Assembly (NCBI GenBank): GCA_963848135.1
Contig: CAWKCK010000005.1
Location: 620,001-684,000 of the forward strand
Reading direction: 5' to 3'
Source of the DNA: an uncultured delta proteobacterium
GTDB lineage: Bacteria > Desulfobacterota > Desulfobacteria > Desulfobacterales > SG8-13
Length of the DNA: 64,000 nt
Both the position numbers and the translations under genes were made by a program. Within the stretch, counting starts at the first letter, position 1; every line of letters begins with the position of its first letter. This document shows positions 20,775 to 30,633 of this stretch, piece by piece. The notes beneath the pieces were generated by a model that saw only the letters and a program-made list of their open reading frames with translations, was not told the origin of the DNA and did not search any database.

Positions 20775-21134
20775 CTATTTTTTCTTGTCGTAGGAACCGG
20801 GTTTAACCGGCGGACTGAACACGCTGACCAGCACCAACGGTTCGTCACCCAGTGTCTTGACACCATGTTCGACTCCCGGCTCAGTAAATACAGCTACACC
20901 TGGCTCCAGGGCATATATCGCATCACCGACCTTGGTTTCACCTCGCCCCGAAACCACGTATATTATTTCTTCTTCGCTTTCGTGTTTGTGGGTACCCGGA
21001 TCGCTTCCGGGGGGAAACGTCACAACACCCAGGATCATGTTCCGGCAGTCTCCACTGTCGGGCGCAACCAACTTCTGCCACATCCGGCCCGGCAATTGGA
21101 GCCGTTCCACATCCTGTGTTTTAACGTAGTACAT
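20775..21134 (-). CDS. Cupin domain protein
   Basis: HKHESEEEIIYVVSGRG and PGVEHG metal-binding motifs. Confidence 0.9.
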   Translation of the reverse strand: MYYVKTQDVERLQLPGRMWQKLVAPDSGDCRNMILGVVTFPPGSDPGTHKHESEEEIIYVVSGRGETKVGDAIYALEPGVAVFTEPGVEHGVKTLGDEPLVLVSVFSPPVKPGSYDKKK

Positions 21135-21201
21135 GTTATCCTCCTCTTCGGGTGTTCTGATTATAATGTCTGAAAGCCGTCAAAGGTCCAGCTCCGGCTG
21201 T

Positions 21202-22482
21202 TTATTTGGCCAAACCAGGAATTAACAGTGACAACTGGGGAAACAGGTTTATCAGCACCAGGATTCCCAGCATGGTTAAAATGATCGGGATCGCTTTTAC
21301 AGCAGTTCTTTCCATGGGAACACCGGCAATGGCCGAAGAAACGAACAGACAGTATCCAACCGGCGGAGTCAACAGGCCGATCGACATGTTCAATATAAAA
21401 ATCATGGCCATGTGCAGTGGGTCGAGTCCCAAAGACTGGCCCAGAGGAATCAAGACCGGAACGATAATGACCGTTGCCACCAGAATGTCGATAATAAGGC
21501 CGGTCAGCAGTAGGATGATGTTGAGCAAAATCAATATGATATATTTGTTGTCGGAGATGTCGAGCATAAAGTCTCGAAACAGATCGGGGATTCCCTCGTT
21601 GATCGAAATGTAAGAGAAGACCGATGCCGCGGCGATAATCACCACCAGCTTGGACGTCGTCTTGGCGGAGTCGAGTAGGATCTTCGGCATTTGACTCCAC
21701 GTCATCTCCTTGTAAATGTGAATAGCCACGATTAAGGAATAGACCACGCCAATCATGGCCGATTCGGTCGGAGTGAAAACACCGCTCACGATGCCGCCCA
21801 CGATTATTAACGGCGTGAGAATGGCAAGGATCGAGCGTTTGAAGGTGACGCTCATTGTTCTCCATGAAAAATAGAAAGAACCCGACGGGCCGTAATTCCG
21901 GCGTTTGGAGATAAAGTAACACAACACCATCAAGCTTAAACCGATCATCATACCCGGAATGTAGCCAGCCAGAAACAGATCGAAAAGTGAAAGCCCGGCG
22001 GTCATGGAGTAGACCACCATAGGAATCGAGGGAGGGATGATGTTGCCCAACGGGCCGGCCGTTCCGACCACGGCCGAAGAAAACTCCTTGGGATAGTTTT
22101 CTTTCTCCATGGAGGGCACCAGCACTGTGGCCACCGCCGCGGTATCTGCAACGGCTGAGCCTGATATGCCGCCCATTACCATCCCGGTCAGAACGGCCAC
22201 CATCGAGAGTCCACCCTTGAAGTGTCCGATAAGGGAGTTACTGAAGTCGACTGCTCGTTTAGAAATTCCCCCCTGGCACATGATCTCGCCCACCAACACA
22301 AAACCGGGGATAGCGAGTAGAGTGAAAGAATCCATTCCGATCATCAAACGCTGAGCAATGATCTGCAGCGGAAGGTCGCCGGCGATACATGCATAGGTGG
22401 CTGCCACGCCGAAGGAGAAAAACAGCGGCATCCCCAGCAAAGTAAAAATCAGAAAAACGATTATGACCGAAATCATTAACAT
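21202..22482 (-). CDS. dctM: TRAP transporter large permease DctM (system 2)
   Basis: SGSAVAD, NIIPPS, FTPTES, LTPPVG; likely start ATG 22482 overlapping the dctQ stop. Confidence 0.93.
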   Translation of the reverse strand: MLMISVIIVFLIFTLLGMPLFFSFGVAATYACIAGDLPLQIIAQRLMIGMDSFTLLAIPGFVLVGEIMCQGGISKRAVDFSNSLIGHFKGGLSMVAVLTGMVMGGISGSAVADTAAVATVLVPSMEKENYPKEFSSAVVGTAGPLGNIIPPSIPMVVYSMTAGLSLFDLFLAGYIPGMMIGLSLMVLCYFISKRRNYGPSGSFYFSWRTMSVTFKRSILAILTPLIIVGGIVSGVFTPTESAMIGVVYSLIVAIHIYKEMTWSQMPKILLDSAKTTSKLVVIIAAASVFSYISINEGIPDLFRDFMLDISDNKYIILILLNIILLLTGLIIDILVATVIIVPVLIPLGQSLGLDPLHMAMIFILNMSIGLLTPPVGYCLFVSSAIAGVPMERTAVKAIPIILTMLGILVLINLFPQLSLLIPGLAK

Positions 22483-22985
22483 ACGGATTGCTCTTTCCTT
22501 GAGTCGACTTTGACGTAGTTGGAGATGGAGGCCACTATCGCTTCCAATAAATAGAGTCCCATTAAAACTCCACCCACAGGAATGGACAAGTACATCCATC
22601 CCATGGAGACGCCCAGCGTCGGCGACGAAGCCTCCGAGACCATCGGCAAGATGGATATTCCCTGCCGGATCATGACCCAGCAAAACCATAGCATTAGCAA
22701 GCGTAAGAAATTAGTCAATATGAAACGAGGCACTCGGGGAAGCCGATCGAGGACAAACAGGATCTGAATGTGGCTCTGTTCGCGCGTGATAATTGCAGCG
22801 CTGAAAATCACCATCCAGATGAAAAGGTAACGGCTCAGTTCCATGGTCCAGGCTGGCGGCTGATGCAATACATAGCGCATTATGACCGCGTAAAACAGCG
22901 CACTGACGATGACGGCGAGCAGGCCCCCAGAGACAAACTTCAGGGCCGTTTCCAGGCTGTTTAATATTTTGGAGACCATTACCAC
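22476..22985 (-). CDS. dctQ: TRAP transporter small permease DctQ (system 2)
   Basis: WTMELSRYLFIW, SHIQI. Confidence 0.9.
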   Translation of the reverse strand: MVMVSKILNSLETALKFVSGGLLAVIVSALFYAVIMRYVLHQPPAWTMELSRYLFIWMVIFSAAIITREQSHIQILFVLDRLPRVPRFILTNFLRLLMLWFCWVMIRQGISILPMVSEASSPTLGVSMGWMYLSIPVGGVLMGLYLLEAIVASISNYVKVDSRKEQSVC

Positions 22986-23043
22986 CTCTCTAAGAAGGGC
23001 GACCCTGAGCAGGCCGCCCCTGAGTTTTCAAACCAAGGTGCGT

Positions 23044-24072
23044 CTATTGGCTCTGGCGATATTTTTCGATAAACGCCATGGCCTCATCCATGAATTCTGG
23101 ACCGATCTTGGGACGAAACTGCTCATAGGCCGGTCTCGTCAGTTTACGGAAGGCCTCGAAGGCTTCCGGGCTCAGGGAGTTGACCTTCACTCCTTTGGCT
23201 TCCAATAGAGCATCAGATTTGTCGTCAAACTGGGCTTGTTGCTCGCGGGCCCACAGCAGTGCTTCGGCAGCGGAAGATTTGATTAGTTGCTGTTCCTCGG
23301 CGCTGAACTTGTCGAACATCTGCTTGCTCATGATCAGCGGCGCTGTCTCGTAGTAATGTTTTGTGCGTGTGGCATATTTGGCAATTTCATACAGCTTCAG
23401 ATTGTAGCCCAGTCCGTAGGTGGTGGAAATACCGTTAACGGTCCCCTGGCGCATGCCCAGCAGAGCCTCACCCCATGCCATGGGCGTTGCAATCCCACCC
23501 ATGTTGTTGATGGTAGACATGTCCAGCGGTGTCTCCACTGTCCTGATTTTCAGGCCTTTAAGATCTTCCGGTTTTGTAATTGGATGCACATTATTCCAAA
23601 TGCCGCGGAAGGACCAAGTTGCCCAACCCAAGCCAACAAGGTTCTTTGACTCCAACATTTTGAACATCTTCTGACCCAAGGGTCCGTCTAGAAAGGCATT
23701 GGCCTCCGCGTGGTTGTTGAACAGATAGGGCAAAGGAATCATAAAATACTGCGGGATGATATTGGCCAAAACCGAACCACTCACGATTGCAGTATCCAAT
23801 GTCCCCAGTCGACAGCCCTCAATCATCTCCCGGTCACCGCCCATCACGCCACGGTCCAGAATCTTGACTTCCAGTTTGCCGCCGGACTTCTGCGCCAAAA
23901 CCTCTTGCCATTTAACTAGGCTCTGCCCGATGGTCGTCTCAGGCAGTGCGACTGTGGCCACCCGGATTTGCTTGGCGGCATCGGCCTTAGTGAAAGAAAA
24001 GGCCAACAGGCATATGACAGACAGGCCCAAAGTGATAAACGTTTTGAAATAATTTCGCATTCTCATTCTCAT
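23044..24072 (-). CDS. dctP: TRAP substrate-binding protein DctP (system 2)
   Basis: Signal peptide, KPEDLKGLKIRT; divergent WSFR and GISTT motifs compared with system 1. Confidence 0.9.
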   Translation of the reverse strand: MRMRMRNYFKTFITLGLSVICLLAFSFTKADAAKQIRVATVALPETTIGQSLVKWQEVLAQKSGGKLEVKILDRGVMGGDREMIEGCRLGTLDTAIVSGSVLANIIPQYFMIPLPYLFNNHAEANAFLDGPLGQKMFKMLESKNLVGLGWATWSFRGIWNNVHPITKPEDLKGLKIRTVETPLDMSTINNMGGIATPMAWGEALLGMRQGTVNGISTTYGLGYNLKLYEIAKYATRTKHYYETAPLIMSKQMFDKFSAEEQQLIKSSAAEALLWAREQQAQFDDKSDALLEAKGVKVNSLSPEAFEAFRKLTRPAYEQFRPKIGPEFMDEAMAFIEKYRQSQ

Positions 24073-24198
24073 TCCTCTCCTCTTTGTAAAAGTTAGGGTT
24101 CGTCGCTTTCATCCAATAGCGACCGGAATTCCTGAAAACGTCTGCGGTATCCCTTCCAGCGCAATTTGGTGTAAAGACATTTATTAGCCAACGCGCAC

Positions 24199-26130
24199 TC
24201 AAATTTTAATAGCCAGTTCAAAGGCTTGGTGGATAGCCTGCAGGGCATTTCCCGGATTACGGCAATCACCGATACGGTAATAAATGGCCCGCTCGGGAAT
24301 ATCCTCAGAATCGAAGACCACCCCTGGTTGCATTCCTATAGCCAGAACCACAAAAGCGACAGGCAGAGGCGTTTGTACACCACCGCCAATAAGCGGACGA
24401 TCGGAAATGATTAATTGGTCTGCCTCGATTTTCACCACACGATGGCCGCAATAAATTTTGACATCACTTTCCGCCAAGCGTTGAAGTAAGCCTTCTCGCA
24501 CTCCCGTGCCGGCGGCGATATCGCGCCCGGGGCTGTCTAACATATCAATGACGTTCACCACCAATCCCTTGGCAGCCAGAAAGTCGGCGGTTTCCAGACC
24601 TGAAGCGCCGCCACCGATGACTGCCACCGGTCCTGTCTGGATGTCGACCCGACCGGCCAGCACATCTGAAGCAAAAAAGACATGCCCGAGCTCAACCCCG
24701 GGGATCGATGGCCGGCTGGCCGCCGATCCGGTAGCTGAAACATAAACATCGGCTTGCAGGGATTTCAGCAGTTTAGACGTCACAGGCGTGCTTAGCCGCA
24801 CCTCGACACCCAACCGCTCCAGCTCTCCGCGGTAGAACGAAATCATCTGACTGAAATCCGCTTTGGTGGGCGGTACAGAAGCCAGGTGAATTTGCCCTCC
24901 CAAGCGGTCGCTTTTTTCCAGCAACAAGACGTCGTGCCCGCGCAGGCGAGCGACACGGGCGACCTCGCATCCCGATGGACCACCGCCTATTATCACCACG
25001 CGTCTTTTGACATCAGCCTCGTTCAGAGGGCATTCGAATTCCCGGCCGGAGAGCGGATTGTATATGCAACTGATGCGGGCACGTTGCGGGTCACGTAGAG
25101 CACCGAAACATCCCTGATTACAGCGCAAACAATGACGGATTTCATCCAGTCGGCCCTGCTCGACCTTGTACGGCCATTCCGGGTCAGCGATTAAGGGGCG
25201 CCCAAGGCCAATCAAATCGGCTATTCCTTCGGCAACCGTATCTTGGGCCAGTTGCGGAGTCATCGAGTTGCCTATCAACACCGGGACCCGGACCACGGCG
25301 CGGATCTGTTTCCCGATCGGAAGTAGAAGGCCACGAGGAACATCTCCTGGAGGGATGGCAATATGATTCACGTGGCCGAGTCCTCCGCTGACGTTGATGG
25401 CTGCAACACCCTCTGCCTCCAGGGCAAGGGAAAATGCGACTGCATCTTCAGGGGTGAATCCTTCCTCCGCAAATTCACTACCGGAAATTCGATATAATAC
25501 CGGAAAGTTATGCCCCAGACGGACGCGAATCGATCTCAAAATTTCCAGAGCAAATCGAAAGCGACCGCTCCGGCTGCCGCCGTATTCATCCTGACGCTGG
25601 TTCCAGAAAGGGGATAGGAACTCGGACAGGATGCAGCCGTGGCAGGCATGGATCTCGACCGCGTCGAATCCGGCAGTCTGCGATCGGGCTGCGGCATCCG
25701 TGAAAAGCCCAGTCAGAAAATGGATTTCTTCGGGGAGCAATTCTTTGCAATCCGGTCCGCAGTCCGGGGCCTGACACGAAGCGGCGTAGCGGGGGAAACC
25801 GTTCAGCTGCTGGCGAAAGTATAATCCGACCTGCAGCGACGCCAGGGCACCTGCCGCGTGAATCCTTTCGGTCAAGCGACGCAGCCCCGGGATAAGATGG
25901 TCGCCATGTACCCCCAAAGCGTTTTGGATGTGCGGAAGCAGGGGATGGATAGATGCTTCTTCTACCGTCACCATGCCGACGCCCCCGGCAGCGCGCGCGA
26001 CGTAATATGCGCTCAACCGTTCCGTAACCTGACCGTCGGGTCCTGCAAAACCGGTCGACATGGCCGTCATGACCAAACGGTTTTTAAGAGTCAGGGGACC
26101 CAACTGGACCTTATCAAACAATTGGCGCAT
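24199..26130 (-). CDS. OYE-family NADH:flavin oxidoreductase with Fe-S and FAD domains, copy 2
   Basis: LKNRLVMTAM, EIHACHGC, CLRCNQGC...C, GGGPSG; start chosen at ATG 26130 (GGAG RBS). Confidence 0.9.
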   Translation of the reverse strand: MRQLFDKVQLGPLTLKNRLVMTAMSTGFAGPDGQVTERLSAYYVARAAGGVGMVTVEEASIHPLLPHIQNALGVHGDHLIPGLRRLTERIHAAGALASLQVGLYFRQQLNGFPRYAASCQAPDCGPDCKELLPEEIHFLTGLFTDAAARSQTAGFDAVEIHACHGCILSEFLSPFWNQRQDEYGGSRSGRFRFALEILRSIRVRLGHNFPVLYRISGSEFAEEGFTPEDAVAFSLALEAEGVAAINVSGGLGHVNHIAIPPGDVPRGLLLPIGKQIRAVVRVPVLIGNSMTPQLAQDTVAEGIADLIGLGRPLIADPEWPYKVEQGRLDEIRHCLRCNQGCFGALRDPQRARISCIYNPLSGREFECPLNEADVKRRVVIIGGGPSGCEVARVARLRGHDVLLLEKSDRLGGQIHLASVPPTKADFSQMISFYRGELERLGVEVRLSTPVTSKLLKSLQADVYVSATGSAASRPSIPGVELGHVFFASDVLAGRVDIQTGPVAVIGGGASGLETADFLAAKGLVVNVIDMLDSPGRDIAAGTGVREGLLQRLAESDVKIYCGHRVVKIEADQLIISDRPLIGGGVQTPLPVAFVVLAIGMQPGVVFDSEDIPERAIYYRIGDCRNPGNALQAIHQAFELAIKI

Positions 26131-26250
26131 AGATTCATCTTTCTCCATCAGGAGTGGATCGTCGCTCCGGAGTAACCCGGTATAAGAGGCCGGAGCCGAA
26201 CCAGGTTGTACGGCGACCTTCCGGGTCTTCCGCATCGCCTCTTAAAAGTA

Positions 26251-27693
26251 CTAGTCTTCATCATCAATGCCTGCCAGTCGTTGAGCAGCTTTTTTCCTGG
26301 CTTCCAGGTCACTTTCTCGTAAAATCGTCACCCGGTGGGCCTCTGGCGAACCTCCTCCGTGTATGTCGGAAATGGTATCGGCACTTTCCATAGCCATTTT
26401 TTCAACCAATCTGTACATTTTAACCCGATTTTCGACAGGTACTTCTTTTTTGCCCTTTAGATATTTCTTTAAAAGATGGCCAACTTCGGGATTAGCGAGA
26501 TCTTTGTCCGAAGGCAAATCAGCCACGTACCCACCACATATATCCACCATCAATCGGATCACCTCGGACATTTCTTTACCCTCGTGGATCTTGGAGGCAT
26601 TGGCCAGCACTGTGTCGATAAAATACGTTCCTGAAGGCTGTACCTTCCCTTCGTAAGATGCGGCCAAGCTGCAGCCATACAGCGTTTCTGCACGATGAAT
26701 CATGTCAATGACTTTTTGCTTCAGGTGACCCGCTTTACCGGTTCCACTGTAATCCATCATTGTTAAAGCAGCTCCGGTCATGCAATCGATTTTACCGGAT
26801 TTGCATCCTCCGTGGCTTTGTCGGTGATATGAAGAGAATTTAACAACCATGTCGACAGCAAATTCTGCTTCACCGCACATGAAGACCCTTTCCCAGGGCA
26901 CAAATACATTTTCAAATATAACCGTGGGGCAGTATTTCGAGTAACGGATGTTACCAATATCACATCCATCGAGTTCCCGGTTGTCCAGACTGGAGCGACC
27001 AACCACATGGATCAGGCCCGGAGTGTCGTTTGGAATCGCGAACGCCACCGCATAGTCCTCATCTCCTTTCCCCATGGCGCGAGTTGGCAAAACGATTATT
27101 TCATGCGACGAAAGCGATCCAGTCTGATGTGATTTAGCACCCCGCACCACGATACCATCGTCTTTGCGCTCGACAACGTGCAGGTACATGTCTTTATCTT
27201 CTTGCTTATGGGGAGGCAGAGACCGGTCACCTTTGACGTCGGTAACCCCAGCGTTACAGGTCAAATCATTTTTCTGAACATGTTTCAAAAAACTGGTAAA
27301 ACGTTCAAAGTAATTTGTATTGTACTTCTGATCGATGTCATAGGTGACGATTGAAAGCGCAGAAAGACAGTCTAAACCGGTGCAACGCTGATGGCAGGTA
27401 CCCACTCGGTTGCCGAGTGCACGATTGATTTTAACCCTTGCCACCAAATCCTCAATTGAACCCGGAGGTAATGTGAAGCGGTTTACCGGTTCGTCGATCA
27501 GCGGGCTGTGAGCCAGAATGAGGTCTCGATACTCATCCATCTGAGCCAGTTCATAGGTTGCACCCGTCGCTTCGATTCCAGACCGTAGTCTGGGATTATC
27601 GATGATATTGGTTATTTTCTCACCGCCCATGTAGGCGGTCGGCTTCATTTGCCTTAATGATTCAATATATTCTTCTTTTGTTTTCACTCCCAT
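26251..27693 (-). CDS. 4-hydroxybutyryl-CoA dehydratase (AbfD)-like FAD/[4Fe-4S] enzyme (HpaB family)
   Basis: CHQRC, TDVKGDRS, HRQSHGGCK, HGGGSP. Confidence 0.88.
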   Translation of the reverse strand: MGVKTKEEYIESLRQMKPTAYMGGEKITNIIDNPRLRSGIEATGATYELAQMDEYRDLILAHSPLIDEPVNRFTLPPGSIEDLVARVKINRALGNRVGTCHQRCTGLDCLSALSIVTYDIDQKYNTNYFERFTSFLKHVQKNDLTCNAGVTDVKGDRSLPPHKQEDKDMYLHVVERKDDGIVVRGAKSHQTGSLSSHEIIVLPTRAMGKGDEDYAVAFAIPNDTPGLIHVVGRSSLDNRELDGCDIGNIRYSKYCPTVIFENVFVPWERVFMCGEAEFAVDMVVKFSSYHRQSHGGCKSGKIDCMTGAALTMMDYSGTGKAGHLKQKVIDMIHRAETLYGCSLAASYEGKVQPSGTYFIDTVLANASKIHEGKEMSEVIRLMVDICGGYVADLPSDKDLANPEVGHLLKKYLKGKKEVPVENRVKMYRLVEKMAMESADTISDIHGGGSPEAHRVTILRESDLEARKKAAQRLAGIDDED

Positions 27694-27799
27694 TTTGGGG
27701 ATCTCCTATATATTATGAGTAACAAAACATGGAATTTGATTATCCTCAATAATATCTAATGCGGAATATTATCCGCCCTTCTGGTGTCGCGAATGTATT

Positions 27800-28339
27800 T
27801 TAGGCCGCACTGACCCTTTCAGCTCCGAGATTGAATGCTTCCAGATTGATCTGCTCCTTGCCCTCTGGAACCGAAGAGGTAATCGCCTGCTCCAAGGCTT
27901 GCTGACTGACAATCCCGGTAATCTTGTAAAGGGCTCCCAGCATTATCATGTTTGCAACTACCGCAATTTTGATTTCATTACGCGCGATGGTCGTGGCCGG
28001 CACTTTATAAAAATGCTTTACCTTCGGTGGAATCTCATGAACCATGTCGCTGTCGACGATTAGTATTCCATCAGGCTTTAATACTTCTCCAAAGCGGTTA
28101 ATTGAATCCTGCGCCTGGGCAACCAAAATATCAGGGGCGGTGACCCTTGGAAATTCAACAGGTTTATCCGCGATAATCACCCATGTGGCCGCAAACCCTC
28201 CTCTGAGTTCTGAAGAATAGGCCTGGGTCTGAGTGGCATACTTATCGTCGAAAGTGACTGCAGCTGAGCCGAGAATAACACCGGCCAGAATTGAACCCTG
28301 TCCTCCCACGCCGGCAATAGTCAGATCGGTTTGTGCCAT
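27800..28339 (-). CDS. 2-oxoacid:ferredoxin oxidoreductase gamma subunit
   Basis: GVGGQG, YSSELRGG, NMIMLGA. Confidence 0.92.
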   Translation of the reverse strand: MAQTDLTIAGVGGQGSILAGVILGSAAVTFDDKYATQTQAYSSELRGGFAATWVIIADKPVEFPRVTAPDILVAQAQDSINRFGEVLKPDGILIVDSDMVHEIPPKVKHFYKVPATTIARNEIKIAVVANMIMLGALYKITGIVSQQALEQAITSSVPEGKEQINLEAFNLGAERVSAA

Positions 28340-29172
28340 TATCTGTCCTCCATCATTTCACAATGCAATTGAAGCCATTGTTCACTCAACTCGTCTTTTT
28401 CACGATCAATGAATTCGCCGACAATGATCTTACCCTGAAGCGCCGTCTCGTCCATTTTTTCAGCCTTGTTGATTCGGATGCTGTTTTCTTTGAAATGTTT
28501 TAACATATCTATCGCACCACCCAGACGACTTGCCCTGCCGTACTGAACAGGGCATTGGCTAACAGCTTCCAGCAGAGCAAATCCTTTTTTTTGGATCCCT
28601 TTTTTAATAGACTTCGTCATCTGACGGGGGTGAATGGTCGTCCAGCGAGCGACATAGGAAGCCCCGGCGGCAACGATCATTGGCGAAATATCAAAATCGT
28701 GCTCCATGGCACCATAAGGACTAGTGACGGTTTTGGTTCCCCGTGGTGTGGTGGGAGCCGTTTGCCCCCCGGTCATTCCATAGATACCGTTGTTTACAAG
28801 CACCACAGTTAAGTTGATATTTCTGCGAGCAGCATGAATCAGGTGATTGCCTCCGATGGCAGTTAAATCACCGTCTCCACTGATAACCATCACATGTTTA
28901 TGCGGCAGGCCTAATTTTACACCTGTGGCAAAAGCGATCGGCCTCCCGTGAGTGGTGTGCAGGGTATCAGCGTTGAAAAAGGGGCTGGGGATCCATGCTG
29001 AACAGCCAATACCGGAAACGAAAATAAAATCATCGATATCCATTTCCAGTTCGTCGATCGCGCGCAAAATCGCCTGGGAAACTGTACCAATACCGCAACC
29101 CGGGCAGGTAGTCGTGCGCTTGATATGGCTGCGGGCGAATTTCTGCTTTAAGGGATGGGCTGTAGCTGTCAT
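28339..29172 (-). CDS. 2-oxoacid:ferredoxin oxidoreductase beta subunit (TPP-binding)
   Basis: CPGCG, SGIGCS, GDGD...NNGIYGMTGGQ. Confidence 0.93.
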   Translation of the reverse strand: MTATAHPLKQKFARSHIKRTTTCPGCGIGTVSQAILRAIDELEMDIDDFIFVSGIGCSAWIPSPFFNADTLHTTHGRPIAFATGVKLGLPHKHVMVISGDGDLTAIGGNHLIHAARRNINLTVVLVNNGIYGMTGGQTAPTTPRGTKTVTSPYGAMEHDFDISPMIVAAGASYVARWTTIHPRQMTKSIKKGIQKKGFALLEAVSQCPVQYGRASRLGGAIDMLKHFKENSIRINKAEKMDETALQGKIIVGEFIDREKDELSEQWLQLHCEMMEDR

Positions 29173-30329
29173 TGAATTATCTCCTTGATATGATCGAGAA
29201 TGTATTGCGGGTCATGTATCTGACCGAGAGTTTGCGGACCTAAAAAAGATACTTGGCAGGCATGGGCAGCCTCAGCTTTGATATACGGGTACAGTTGGCC
29301 AGCGTTATTTTCCAACACCAGCATGTAGTCTATTTTTTTAGCAACATTACGGACTTCTTTATCCGGAAACGGCCAACAGGTCAGTAGGCGCAATGTGCCT
29401 ACACCTAATCCCTCAGTTCGAGCCATTCTTGCTGCCGCCCGAGCAGATCGTGAAACGGTGCCGCAACTGACCAACGCAATTGTTGCCTTGTCACAATTAT
29501 CTTGAACCTGAACAATATCGTCGCGATGATTGAGCACCTTTTCTATCGGACGCATTGTGTAGCGGTGCATGACCGCCGGATCGGTCAAATTCCGCATGCC
29601 GTGCTCATCATGACAGGAACTGGTCACGTGAGCTTTAAGTCCACGGCCGAAAACCGGCATGGGGGCCACATTGACATCGAGGAAATCCTGCCGCTCTAAA
29701 ACGGTATCAGCCGGTTCCGCTATTTTTCGATTCTTCAGTCGGATAAGATCTTTTTCGGGAATAACGACCTGCTCTCGCATATGACCTATAAATCCATCAG
29801 CCATTACAAAAACAGGGATTCGATATTTCTCAGCCAGATTAAAGGCCCGTATGGTCAGGTCAAACATTTCTTGAGGACTCTCTGGACAGAGTGCAATGAT
29901 TTGGTAATCTCCATGAGAACCTCGTGCGACCTGTACGATATCGGCACCAAGCCCTACCGACGGTACTCCAGTGGAAGGCCCGAAACGCTGGACATCAACG
30001 ATCACCAATGGCGTTTCCGTGGCCACTGCAAATCCGATGTTTTCTTGCATCAAACTGATACCCGGCCCCGAAGTAACGGTCATCGCCTTACAGCCGGCCC
30101 AGGAGGCACCGATAGCCGAACAGATCGCACTGATCTCGTCTTCTGTCTGTAAAAACGTGCCACTGACTTTCGGTAGCCTTGCGGCCAGCAAATTGGCAAC
30201 TTCACTGGCCGGTGTAATCGGATAACCTGCAGCAAAATTGCACCCCGCAGCGATTGCGCCTTCCGTGCAGGCCCAATTCCCCATCTCAAAGTGCGTTCCT
30301 GTTCGTATTCTATTATTTTTCTGCATCAT
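29169..30329 (-). CDS. 2-oxoacid:ferredoxin oxidoreductase alpha subunit
   Basis: GYPITP, QTEDE, TSGPG, QRFGPSTG; start chosen at ATG 30329. Confidence 0.93.
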   Translation of the reverse strand: MMQKNNRIRTGTHFEMGNWACTEGAIAAGCNFAAGYPITPASEVANLLAARLPKVSGTFLQTEDEISAICSAIGASWAGCKAMTVTSGPGISLMQENIGFAVATETPLVIVDVQRFGPSTGVPSVGLGADIVQVARGSHGDYQIIALCPESPQEMFDLTIRAFNLAEKYRIPVFVMADGFIGHMREQVVIPEKDLIRLKNRKIAEPADTVLERQDFLDVNVAPMPVFGRGLKAHVTSSCHDEHGMRNLTDPAVMHRYTMRPIEKVLNHRDDIVQVQDNCDKATIALVSCGTVSRSARAAARMARTEGLGVGTLRLLTCWPFPDKEVRNVAKKIDYMLVLENNAGQLYPYIKAEAAHACQVSFLGPQTLGQIHDPQYILDHIKEIIQ

Positions 30330-30573
30330 GATCCTCTTGCTTTTTCGCTGGTCTATCTTCGTTTTTTTCGACAACAATCGCATAATCCGGGCAGGATATC
30401 ATACAGTTCAAACAACCGGTGCATTCATCAGGGTCCTTGACTTCGGGAGGATAATACCCTGATTCATTCATTTCCTTACAAGCTTCGAACAGATGTTCTG
30501 GACAGACATAAGTACAGATACCACAGTCATCAACGCCTTTGCATGCTTGCGAGAATATGGTTATTTTTGGCAT
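30313..30573 (-). CDS. 2-oxoacid:ferredoxin oxidoreductase delta subunit (2x[4Fe-4S])
   Basis: CKG...CGICTYVCP and CTGCLNCMISCP. Confidence 0.9.
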   Translation of the reverse strand: MPKITIFSQACKGVDDCGICTYVCPEHLFEACKEMNESGYYPPEVKDPDECTGCLNCMISCPDYAIVVEKNEDRPAKKQEDHDAEK

Positions 30574-30633
30574 ACAGGTCTCCTTTGCCTACCTTGCACG
30601 TTCTGAAAAAACTTTCCTTACAGACTCATTTCT

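Noticed and set aside
21161..21922. 253-aa ORF and many other overlapping or antisense ORFs in the track
   Set aside because: They are alternative frames of well-supported genes with no recognisable motifs
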